Below, one piece after another: positions 39,734 through 50,424 of a stretch of 64,000 nt of DNA (its first letter is position 1; each line of letters opens with the position of its first letter). The notes under the pieces are model-generated. The model saw only the letters and a program-made list of their open reading frames with translations, did no database searches and had not been told where the DNA came from. The DNA is from Octopus sinensis (Eukaryota), in assembly GCF_006345805.1 (NCBI RefSeq), contig NC_043010.1, forward strand, positions 31,682,001-31,746,000, written 5' to 3'. The translations under genes were made by a program, and so were the position numbers.

Positions 39734-40061
39734 AATTTATGTCATAAAATGCTCGGGCTGCCACCAAGACTACGTGGGATCCACGGGACTATCACTCAGA
39801 CGTAGATGCACACTGCATCGACAACAGATTGCATTCCCAGAATACAGAATGATACCTTTTAGTGAGCACATTGAGAAATGCGCAAAGCAACTACTACCAC
39901 AATTTTTAATCTTTCCATTTTACCAATGTGCTATCGGATCATCAACACAAATTAGACTAAACAAGGAAACATTCTTCATTGAAAAGTACAAGCCCAGACT
40001 TAACTATCCCAACATACTGATACAGAGAAATTCACACCAAGGGAAAGGAAAAAATTTTTAA
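39282..40061 (+). CDS. PLE GIY-YIG endonuclease domain (N-terminal ~85 aa is antisense-derived)
   Basis: Cys knuckle CGRSNCATC, GIY-YIG-like IIY-x-YVG, conserved R..H and E..FI...KPRLN. Confidence 0.6.
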   Translation: MWLQNSSRSLFLPLCGMCSLLFLTSDSSSVLKLVDASASLNFLQNSVILSLISFRLALRGVGVNLSPFERMSIFMLERGLVERLIIFVERLIKKILTKAKLSSEITDAKVKKCGRSNCATCPNLLEGSEFLFKEGQKFKIKSNFTCASENIIYVIKCSGCHQDYVGSTGLSLRRRCTLHRQQIAFPEYRMIPFSEHIEKCAKQLLPQFLIFPFYQCAIGSSTQIRLNKETFFIEKYKPRLNYPNILIQRNSHQGKGKNF

Positions 40062-40170
40062 GCGATTATCTCCCTTACACCGGAAGAAATCACTCATTGC
40101 CTCCCCTTATTTAGAACTCTTTTGAACATAAACATAACAATAACTCTATTCAACATAAACATAACGTCGT

Positions 40171-40209
40171 AAGAAATTTGAAAAGCTAAATGCGAAACCG
40201 GTCTTTCTT
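40171..40209 (+). ncRNA. Variant minimal hammerhead (U3:A8 core), right arm copy
   Basis: AAGAAA-U-UUGAAAA-GC-UAAAU-GC-GAAA-CCGG-UC|UUUCUU, ~110 nt downstream of the EN stop codon. Confidence 0.5.
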
Positions 40210-40365
40210 CAAAACTATGTCATTATAAGAGGAGAAAAAAATTTTTTAATATTCTTCAGACATATTGACGCAAATATATATTTTTTAACATTTAAGCCTT
40301 CTGTAGTTTTTTCACTTTTTACTATTTTCTATATATTCAACCACGTGCTTTCACAAACCAACTTT

Positions 40366-40409
<44 letters not shown>

Positions 40410-41529
40410 CAAGGGTGAGCCGAAAAGTTACTGGGCTGACTGTGTAAGAGTGATGCTGGAGCTGTGAAATCTTGCATGCGTTAATTTCAACTCTTCTTAT
40501 TAATAACTGCATTTCGTTCCCAAGTAAACTGACATCTGACGTCAAAAGTATCTAGTAGCGACTTCTCTTGAGAAACTACAAAATTTGGCATCGTGATGTT
40601 ATCAAGTACATGCAGAAAAAGGACATTCATGCTACCATGGTTTATGCAATAGTGCATGACGCTCCAGCTTTATCAACAGTGCAAAAGTGGACAGCTAAAT
40701 TTAGGAGGGGAAGGTAGAGTCGTGAAGATGACCCGTGGTCTGAACGTCCACCAACTGCCACAACCGAAGAAAACAATGATAGTGTTCACTACATGGTGAT
40801 GGATGACAGGCGATTGACTATAAGTCAAATAGCCAATGCTATTAGTATATCCTATGAGAGAGTTGGGAATATTCTGCACAAGGATTTTGGCATGACGAAG
40901 GTTTCAACACCTGATCAAAAGCACACAAGACTGATATCTTCACAGGAAAATCTGACATTATTTGAGGCAGATCCAGCTCGTTTCTTTGATAATTTCTTAA
41001 CACAGAATGAATATTGGGTTCATCACTTGGAGCCAGAGACAAAGACACAATCCAAATAGTGGAAACACCCATCCTCACCATCTCCAAGGTCGTTTCATCT
41101 GCAGGGAAAGTGGCCTCAGTTTTTAGGAGTACAAAAGGCAATATGCTTATTGACTATCTTCAAAAGCGCCACACTATCAATGGAAGTTACGAAAGGCAAT
41201 CAAGTCCAAAAGCCCCGGAGAAACGACGAAAGAGGTCTTGTTTCATCAGGACAATGCTCAAGCCCAAAAGTCCTTGGTTTCAATGATTGTTGTGTGTGAC
41301 TGTGGCTTTGAACTGGTTGTTCACCCTCCCTGTTCTCCTGATTTGGCCCCAATGAACTACTATCTGTTTCCAACATGAAAAAACACTTGGCTGGGAAACA
41401 ATATCGCCAAAGGGATCAAAATATTGCAACACCGATGGAAGAAGTGTGTGCACCGCAACGGGGACTATGTTTGAAAATGTCAGCCTATTAACTTCTAGAT
41501 CAGCTTATGAACTTTTCAACCGACCTTTG
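40410..41529 (+). mobile_element. Mariner (irritans-like) element with both TIRs, internally deleted and decayed
   Basis: TIRs caagggtgagccgaaaagttactgggctga and tcagcttatgaacttttcaaccgacctttg with TA on both sides; HHLEPETKTQS, SAGKV and FHQDNA motifs. Confidence 0.88.
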
Positions 41530-42076
41530 TATATATATATATATATGTATATACATACATATATATATACATGTATATGACATAATTATGCATGTATGTA
41601 ATATGTATACACCACCTCCACCCCCCACCCCCACACATGCACATATATATATAATACAAAATTCAGGCGAACAGTATTTCTCCATGTGATCGGCTTGAAA
41701 AATTGTTGATATATTTTCTTAACACGAAACCAAAGTCACCCATATTATTTATAGTTTTCACTTATACCGTTTTTGAAATCAGCGCGTGAGTTCAACAGTT
41801 TACTTATAAGGTGACATGGTGAGTTGAGTTTAACCCTAAGCACGGTAAAAGCCACTGATTAGAATTAAGATGCTCTGCATCAAAATCCGAAATCAGCGCT
41901 GATATGGCTAAGTCGGCAAAGGGACATTATCTCCCTTGTCAGTCATTGAGATAGTGCACTTGCGATATCACTTAGTAACCTCTGCCACTTTAGTGACGTA
42001 TATAAATTTGCCTTTAGGTTGTTAAATTGCTAATAAGCCAACCATATTATATATATACACATAAACATATATATAT

Positions 42077-42110
<34 letters not shown>

Positions 42111-42315
42111 TATAATATAAATAATATATATACATATATATACATATGTAAATATGTATATTGTATACTATTATATGCGTGTAATTATGTGTGTATTTAT
42201 TTATATATTCATGCATAGATACATGTATGTATTATATATATGTATTTACGTAATACATGTATGTATATATGTGTGTATATACATATATATATATATCATA
42301 TATATATATATATAT

Positions 42316-42403
<88 letters not shown>

Positions 42404-42947
42404 CATATATCATATATATATCAAAAAGGAATTTTTAACAATATTACATCCACGTACACTCACCATAGGAGCAGAGCTGTAAAGGAAAGAGGTGATATTA
42501 AACAACTAGAATATAAACCAATTACAACTCAACTGACCACAAATTAGGGAACAACTTATCACAAGTAAGAATCTGGTGATATCTGAATCTTGCTCCCTTG
42601 TTTTCTCCCCTCACTTTACTGTTCGCTTCTCCCTCATTTTTACTCACCCTGTCACTTACAGTGGTACCAACTGGTGTTTTCAATATACTGGCGATTGCAC
42701 AAGTGGCTGCTTAGTTGTGTTTATGTATGTATGTATGTATGTATGTATGTATGTATGTATGTATGTATGTATATATGTATGTATGTAGGTATGTGTGTGT
42801 ATGTATGTATGTGTGTATGTATGTATGCATGTATGTATGTATGTATGGATGGATGGATGGATGCATACATGCATGCATGTAAGTATGTACATATATACTT
42901 GTATATATCTATATACATGTATATATCTATATACATATATACATAAT

Positions 42948-43172
42948 GGCGGCGAGCTGGCAAAAACGTTAGCGCGCCGGGCGAAATGCTTAGCGGTATT
43001 TCGTCTGTCGTTACGTTCTGAGTTCAAATTCTGCCGAGGTCGACTTTGCCTTTCATCCTTTCGGGGTCGATAAATTAAGTACCAGTTACGCACTGGGGTC
43101 GATGTAGTCGACTTAATCCCTTTGTCTGTTTGTCCCCTCTATGTTTAGCCCCTTGTGGGTAGTAAAGAAATA
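42948..43172 (+). mobile_element. SINE family B, full-length reference copy
   Basis: ggcggcgagctggcaaaaacgttagc head, gagttcaaatt B-box-like motif, Meta-like domain. Confidence 0.88.
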
Positions 43173-43506
43173 TATATACATATACATACATGCGTATATA
43201 CATATATATCTATTCGTTCATAAACACGTGTATGTAAATAGGAATATATATGTATGTATATATGCATGATTTTATTCATATATATATATATGTGTGTGTG
43301 TATGAATTCATTTATATAAATGTATGCATATATACATATACATACATACATACATACATACATACATACATACATACATACACACAGATATATATACATA
43401 TATAGAAAGATATATGTTGATGCGACTCTACTCCATACTGTTTCCTCCCCGTATCGTTTTTCTCTCATCCTTTCTCTAATTCCTTTTTTGCTCCGCCTCA
43501 CCGTTT

Positions 43507-43549
<43 letters not shown>

Positions 43550-44023
43550 TCTCTCTCTCTCTCCCTCTTTCTCTTTTACTCACCTTCATTGCTCACACGT
43601 GACCATCGTCCATCTTTTTCCTCACGGGATCATCTTTCTTTTCTTTCAGGGCTGTCCTAAGGATTAGATGTATTCTATATCTCTTTCTTATAGCTTTTCT
43701 CTCGTCAAGGAAGATATTTCTCCATCATTCGCTATTTTGCCCTCGTTCGGTTTCCTTGTATGTCTCCACTTTCCTGTTCTTGTTCCCAAATTTGACTCGC
43801 CATAAATCCCAAATTTTATTTTGGTGCTTATGGGTACAGCTGTCTTCGAAGACTCATATTGTCGTTCAATGCTAGATTTGAGGAGTAGATAGACAACCAT
43901 CAACTGACGAAGGGTCGTACTTTATGTTACTTGTCCTGTTTCTCTCGTTGTTTGCGTATTGAACTTTTTTGATTTCGTATTTCATGTGTTTACTTTTGGT
44001 GACATCTTGTACCCATATATGCA

Positions 44024-44120
<97 letters not shown>

Positions 44121-44141
44121 GTATGTATGTATGTATGTATG

Positions 44142-44172
<31 letters not shown>

Positions 44173-44207
44173 CTATATATATATATATGTATATATGTAT
44201 GTATGTA

Positions 44208-44287
<80 letters not shown>

Positions 44288-44568
44288 ATATAATATATAT
44301 ATATTATATATATATATTATCAATAATAACAAGGGTAAAATTAATTAATTAACTAGTAATCAATAATTTCACCAAGTAGAATTCGGCATGAAAAGGGACC
44401 ATTTCTCTGTAAACTTAAGTAATATTTTATAATTAGGGTTCAGCTTTACCACATACCTTAGCTATTTCCTCTACTTTAAAAAGTGATTCCCGGACAAAAA
44501 CAAAGTACTCGAAAACAATCCACGCAGGCAGAGAGGAAAAATAACGAAAATCAATCGATATTTGATTA

Positions 44569-44652
44569 CCCATGTACGCGTTTCGGAATTAGATCGGTAT
44601 AAAGAATGTAGAATTTATACTTTACCCGGAACACTTTCCTCATCAGCATGGG
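44569..44652 (-). ncRNA. Type-I hammerhead ribozyme (canonical core, palindromic stem III)
   Basis: Minus strand: CCCAUG-CUGAUGA-GGAA[loop incl. GUAUAAA/UUUAUAC stem]UUCC-GAAA-CGCG-UA|CAUGGG. Confidence 0.85.
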
Positions 44653-44794
44653 ACTTCACAATATTAAATCCGGAGGCACTGGAAAAATTGAACATACCTC
44701 TCTAACTAACAGTATCAGACAGATCATATTCAACGTTCAGTACCGCCGAATTTAAAATATACGAATGAGATTCATCACCTTTCCATGCCTATTC

Positions 44795-45730
44795 GTGCTT
44801 TGTTGTACCACTAATCTATATTCATATTAATACTTCTACCTTTACGGTGCTTCATTTTACTGGAAAGTAATACGTTTGTATTGCAATATTTTGTAATAAA
44901 TAATATTAGTTGATAATATTATTTTCCCTTGCTATACACAAATCATTATACTAAGGCGTACTTCACTTACCTACTCATTCCTACATAACACTGAAGAGAT
45001 GGAGATAACCTGGAAGATTTCGTTACCTCTTGGAAGAAACGGCCGTAAGGAACTAGCACTTACACACCCATTCGGTTTTACTAACAATCTGTTCATTTAC
45101 TCTTTTACTCATTTGCTCATTTGTTCATTTACTCAATTAATCACTTGTTCCTATATGATTATATGCTTTCACACTCTTGTTTTTGCAATTACCAACTCTT
45201 TCTATTTGATAATCTGCACCACTAATACATGTGTATGTATTCATCTAATACATTGGAATAATGTGAGATTCCGAAGGTGATAAATCTCTCACATAAAGCC
45301 CTTTCGGACCAGCAAATCAAAATTCTTGCAAAGAGATTGAAGTTTACCCCAACACCACTAAAGTCGAACTTAAATGATATACAAAATGATATCCAAAAAT
45401 TCTGCAGAAAACTTCGCATCACTGAAGAACTGCTGGATAAAGTTAATAATGATCAATCAATCCTTCACAATAAAAGTAACTACTGTCCGACAAAAGGAAG
45501 AAATCAAACTTTGGATAACTTTTGTGAATTGGTTTCCAGTTACCCCTACAATTTACTTCCACCCAAAAATTTAAAATAAATACAAGTAGAGAAGAATGGG
45601 AAATCATTGATAATCTCAAGGAGGATGACAACATAATTATAAAAGAAGCCGACAAAGGAAGTTCTATAGTAATCATGGACTCAGAAAAATACATAAATAT
45701 TACCCTAATCCCCCTTCAAGACAATATGTA
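44795..45730 (+). mobile_element. PLE 5' region: pLTR-like leader with HHR relic plus RT N-terminal fragment
   Basis: 45277-45730 INLSHKALSDQQIKILAKRLKFTPTP...IKEADKGSSIVIMD, paralogous to the 39-kb element; HHR relic at 44978-45052. Confidence 0.8.
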
Positions 45731-46156
45731 AGAAAAAATTATTGCCATAGTAATTACATATTTGTATTATTCTTACATATTTAGATTGTCCTTTGAAACG
45801 TGCGTATGTACTGAATCCTATTTTGTATGGAATCTAATTTTGATTCAACATCTTTTTCTCCTCCATTTTTCTATAATTGTTTATGGTATATTTATACCTT
45901 TCACGATATTTTTCAACTACTATTTTCATATTGTTATCATTTGCTCTGCCTGCTTTTTTTATGAATATGATGAATCTTTATTAGAAATCATTTTCCCTCT
46001 TTTTGGCGTGGTCCATCATGTAGTGCAACCTGTGGAGCATAAGTGATGTATGTGCCAAGCGTGAACGAAATCTGATGAAAAATATTGATTTTAAGTGGGG
46101 TCATATAAATAACCTGCCACACACACACGCGCGCGCGCGCACACATCTTCCGTTTA

Positions 46157-46203
<47 letters not shown>

Positions 46204-46218
46204 ATACTTGTATTAAAG

Positions 46219-46345
46219 CTGCAAAATCTTCACAAAACTTTTACTCAGGGTTTCACGTTCCCGTTCGCCGGACAGTTGTGATGTGATACTCATAACAACT
46301 GTCCGAGGAACAGGAACGTGAAACTCTAAGTAACAGATTTTGCAG
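46219..46345. repeat. Fold-back hairpin / MITE-like palindrome
   Basis: ctgcaaaatct...gtttcacgttcc..cggacagttgt / acaactgtccg..ggaacgtgaaac...agattttgcag. Confidence 0.75.
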
Positions 46346-46469
46346 GTTTAATAAAGGTATATTACTCTACTTTAGGTATTCAAGTACTATTTTTTCCACT
46401 TCTCTTTGCATCTATGTGCTTACTTGTGTACATATATATGTATACATACATGCATATATATACATGTGT

Positions 46470-46800
46470 ACATGGGCAAGTGTCTTCTACTATAGCCTCG
46501 GGCCGACCAAAGCCTTGTGAGTGGACTTGGTACGGAAACTGTAAGAAGCCCGTCGTATATATTTATATGTATATATATGTGTGTATGTTTGTGTGTCTGT
46601 TTGTGCCCCCAACATCGCTTGTCAACCGATGGTGATGTGTTTACGTCCTCGTAACCTAGCAATTCGGCAAAATAGACCGATATAATTAGTACTAGGCTTA
46701 CAAAGAATAAGTCCTGGGCTCGATTTGCTCGACTAAAGGCAGTGCTCCAGCAAGGCCGCAGTCAAATGACTGAAACAAGTAAAAGAGTAAAAGAGTAAAA
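46470..46800 (+). mobile_element. SINE family A, 5'-truncated
   Basis: Similarity to the reference copy. Confidence 0.85.
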
Positions 46801-47207
46801 AGTGTATACATACATACAGCCATCAAAGAACCCACAGGAATCGACCCATGGTAAATTGTGATATGGCTATTGTTCACGACAGAACATGCGCAACATGTGG
46901 AAAGGTTTGGGATCTTTTCGGTTTGAACGGAAGTTTTTAACATAATTTTTAGGTAACTAAAAAATTTTTAACTTCGTATACTGGTAGAATGTGTTTATAA
47001 AACATCTTTTTCTCTTGGCTTTATTGAAAAAATTCTATAGTTTATAAGATATTTGTTGTTTTTTTTTCTTCAATTTATGCAATTCCAACCAATCAGTGAC
47101 GTCTATTGAGTTAAAAAGCATTCTGTGCCGTATGAATATGTCCGTCGTTTAAGAAATAGATTGGGTTTATTTACATTTGTGAAGAAAAAAAGATACCCTT
47201 CCCCCAC

Positions 47208-47242
47208 CCCTAACCCTAACCCTAACCCTAACCTAACCCTAA
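47208..47242. repeat. Short interstitial (CCCTAA)n telomere-like tract
   Basis: ccctaaccctaaccctaaccctaacctaaccctaa. Confidence 0.8.
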
Positions 47243-48036
47243 AAGAGATTGAAGTGCAATAGATCGATTCTAGGGTCATAATTATGGGTGACAATTTGAT
47301 ATGACACCGCTAGGAAAAACTGAAAAGATCCAAGGTTTGCCTTTCAGTTGGAGGATTGATATCTATTCTTATACAAGAATGATGTTGACAGTGACTTCGA
47401 AGTTTCGGCCAGTTAAGCCATTGTCAAACTGCGATGCATTAGAATTAGCCTTTCTTTTATATAGTCTCTGTTGGCTTCAAATATTCTTTGGGCCTGTAGG
47501 TTTGAGTGAGATGGTAATTAGGTCTTTTTGGTCGATTGTTAAGAAAAGGTGCTTTGGAAAAATTTTAATTGTTTAAACTTGGGGTTATGTTATTGTTTGG
47601 AATTTATTCATGCATGTAGAACTTTGCAAACAAGCCTGTAGGTGGTTCTGTTTTGTTAGGTAGGCACAATGTGTGATAGTATGTTTGTTGCTTTTGATAT
47701 TGGATTTATTCGTTTTACTTTGACAGTGTAAAAGGTCAAAGGTACAAAATCCAGTATTTAAGCTCATAGTGTTTGTGGGAGTGTCAATATTAATTCACAA
47801 AAGAATGTAGATAGGTGGTGAGTTTAGGCTGAACATTTCTTGTTGTTTTTACCACAATGTGCAGCAGCCACTACTTTCCATATCGACCAAGAAATTGAAT
47901 TATCCTTACCTAGCTGTCTGAATTACCAAACCAGTTTAGATAGTGATGTGTAGTTTGCTTTCGTCTCTATTCTCATATTATATTATAAAATGAGTACGTA
48001 ATCTAACTTTAAATCTGTTAGAAGTCACGCCAAAGT

Positions 48037-48813
48037 AATCAGCTTACTTCTCGAGGCATCGCTTCAGTAGTTAAGACTCACAGTGACAGCAATAAATATG
48101 AAATTCAAGAAATATAACGATAAACTACGATACAAAGAAGTAACCTTGTATATTCCACCTTACGTTATAAAAGTAAGGTTTAGATAACCTCAGATATTTT
48201 TTACTATGAAGGGATTAAATAGGGGAACGGTATAAGCAATATTTACAGCACTAGCAGGGTTGTTAATAGTTGTTAATAGTTGTTAATAGACAGAAATACT
48301 GTCCTGAATTTTAGGATCGAACATTTATAGATCACATTATCAATAAAACGCTTATTTTCTAGGGTCATTCAGTTGGTCGCCTACAATTACACATATTCAA
48401 GTTCTTTGCTAAAGTACTGTTTCTAAGTTCTGTGCTATTGTCTATATGCCTGAATTCATTATCACTGTTCAGATTGGTACTATGACGATTTATTTTGACA
48501 TTCCTTATATTATTACGGTTGCTTCTATTGTTGCTACACTTGATAGTGCTATCTGTAGTGAAATTAGAATTAAAATGCGCTATTAACAACCCTGCTAGTG
48601 CTGTACATATTGCTTATACCGTTCCCCTATTTAATCCCTTCATAGTAAAAAAATATCTGAGGTTATCTAAACCTTACTTTTATAACGTAAGGTGGAATAT
48701 ACAAGGTTACTTCTTTGTATCGTAGTTTATCGTTATATTTCTTGAATTTCATATTTATTGCTGTCACTGTGAGTCTTAACTGCTGAAGCGATGCCTCGAG
48801 AAGTAGGCTGATT
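48037..48813. mobile_element. PLE-derived fold-back: 233-bp near-perfect arms around a decayed PLE Cys/GIY segment
   Basis: Arms 48037-48269 and 48580-48813; the spacer on the minus strand reads MCNCRRPTE*P/LENKRFIDNVIYKCSI. Confidence 0.75.
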
Positions 48814-48819
48814 CTTATT

Positions 48820-49980
48820 CACAGTAGAATTATCATCCACTTTCCGGCTGGAATTACAATCTCCTGCTTCTTTGCAGACAAAATCGGGTTGCAAGCAGAA
48901 GCAAAGTGTCGTCATTGGGTTCTTAACGAAAGAGTGATGGAGGCTGCCTGACACTCACAGAAGACTACAGGTTGTTTACGGAGCACAAGAGCAATGCACA
49001 TAGATGGGTTATGTAGATTAAAGGAAAAGAAACCAGCACTGGATCTGAACGCACACAGTGGGAGACCGTTTAGTGTGACCACAGACACAAATCGCCAGTG
49101 ATTGCACGTATTGATTCACTCAGACAGACGAGTCGCAATCCATGAATTTGTTGCACAGGTGGACTGTGGTCATAATGTATTACAGAAAATGACGAAAGAC
49201 TTTGGATATCGGAAATGCGAGCACATTGAGTACCTCGGCAGCTAATCCTTGATTTGAAGTAGAGACGGGTATAAGACTGCAATGATTTGCTGGAAGCGTT
49301 TGAAATTCCTGAAGATACATTTTCCTCCGATCTGGTGACAAGGAATGAAATGTTAGTATATCATTATGATCTGGAAACGAAGGCTCAGTCAATAGAATGG
49401 TGTCACACCACTTTACCAAGACCTGAGAAAAGAACCAGCCATCGGCACAGAGTCATGCTGATTATTTTGGGAGATAGCATTCTCGTAGATTTTCTGGATC
49501 CTGGCTGCGTCGTAAACAACGAGCGCACATTGAGACACTCAAAAGGCTTAGAGAAGTCACAAGAAGGAAAGCAATGAATAAAAAAACTGTAAATAATCAA
49601 CATTCACCATGACAATGCACGACCAAATACATCTTTAGCAACAAATCAGGTAATCGCTAAATTGGGCCGGTCAGTGATTCCCTATCAACAGACCAGCCCG
49701 GTCTTGGTACTCTCCAACTTCTACCTGTTCAGTCAAATGAAGAGCAGCCTTCAGTGAGGACTACAATTTGATGACGAAAACGTGGTGAAAGCGGTACAAC
49801 GGAGTAGACCTGAATATTTTCAAAGAAGCTCGAAAGTTGGGTTCAACGACTGGCAAGTCTATTGTGTTACAGACAATGTTCAGTCGTACCTTTGTATAGA
49901 TCGAAAGTTATTCTGCAAGCACGGGCAATATGAGCGACCTATGTCAGTTAATAAAACTTTTAGGCTCCGTTTTGCATTAC
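48820..49980 (+). mobile_element. Highly decayed mariner
   Basis: LVTRNEMLVYHYDLETKAQSIEW and IHHDNARP remnants. Confidence 0.75.
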
Positions 49981-50166
49981 TTTCAGTATAGCCCTCCTAC
50001 ATACACAGACATACACGGATATACAGACACACACAAATATACATAGGCATTCATACATATATGTATACACACATGCATATATACATACATACATACATAC
50101 ATACATACATACATACATACATACATACATACATACATACATGATACTTACATATATACATATACA

Positions 50167-50202
<36 letters not shown>

Positions 50203-50208
<6 letters not shown>

Positions 50209-50424
50209 CTTTATTGCCCACATGGGGCTAAACATAGAGGGACAAACAAGGACAGACAAAGGGATTAAGTCGATTAAATCGACCCCAGTGCGTAACTGGT
50301 ACTTATTTAATCGACCCCGAAAGGATGAAAGGCAAAGTCGACCTCGGCGGAATTTGAACTCAGAACGTAAAGACGACGAAATAAAAGTAACGTATTTCGC
50401 CCGGCGTGCTAACGATTCTGCCAA
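50203..50424 (-). mobile_element. SINE family B
   Basis: Similarity to the reference copy. Confidence 0.88.

Larger units (their letters stand above)
38162..40335. mobile_element. Penelope-like (Neptune-like) retroelement palindrome: ~925-bp arms, 323-bp spacer
   Basis: Arms 38162-39086 and 39410-40335 are near-perfect reverse complements; the spacer encodes a PLE RT N-terminus (KEADKGNAVVIMD) on the minus strand. Confidence 0.93.

Noticed and set aside
43895-43925. ctgacgaaggg hammerhead start
   Set aside because: No downstream stem II closure or GAAA; truncated relic at best.
47330-47900. Possible retroelement coding relic
   Set aside because: No motif could be assigned confidently in any frame.
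48795-48813. Hammerhead in the 48-kb fold-back arms (ctgaagcgatgcctcgagaagta)
   Set aside because: A9 and the GAAA are altered and stem I does not pair.
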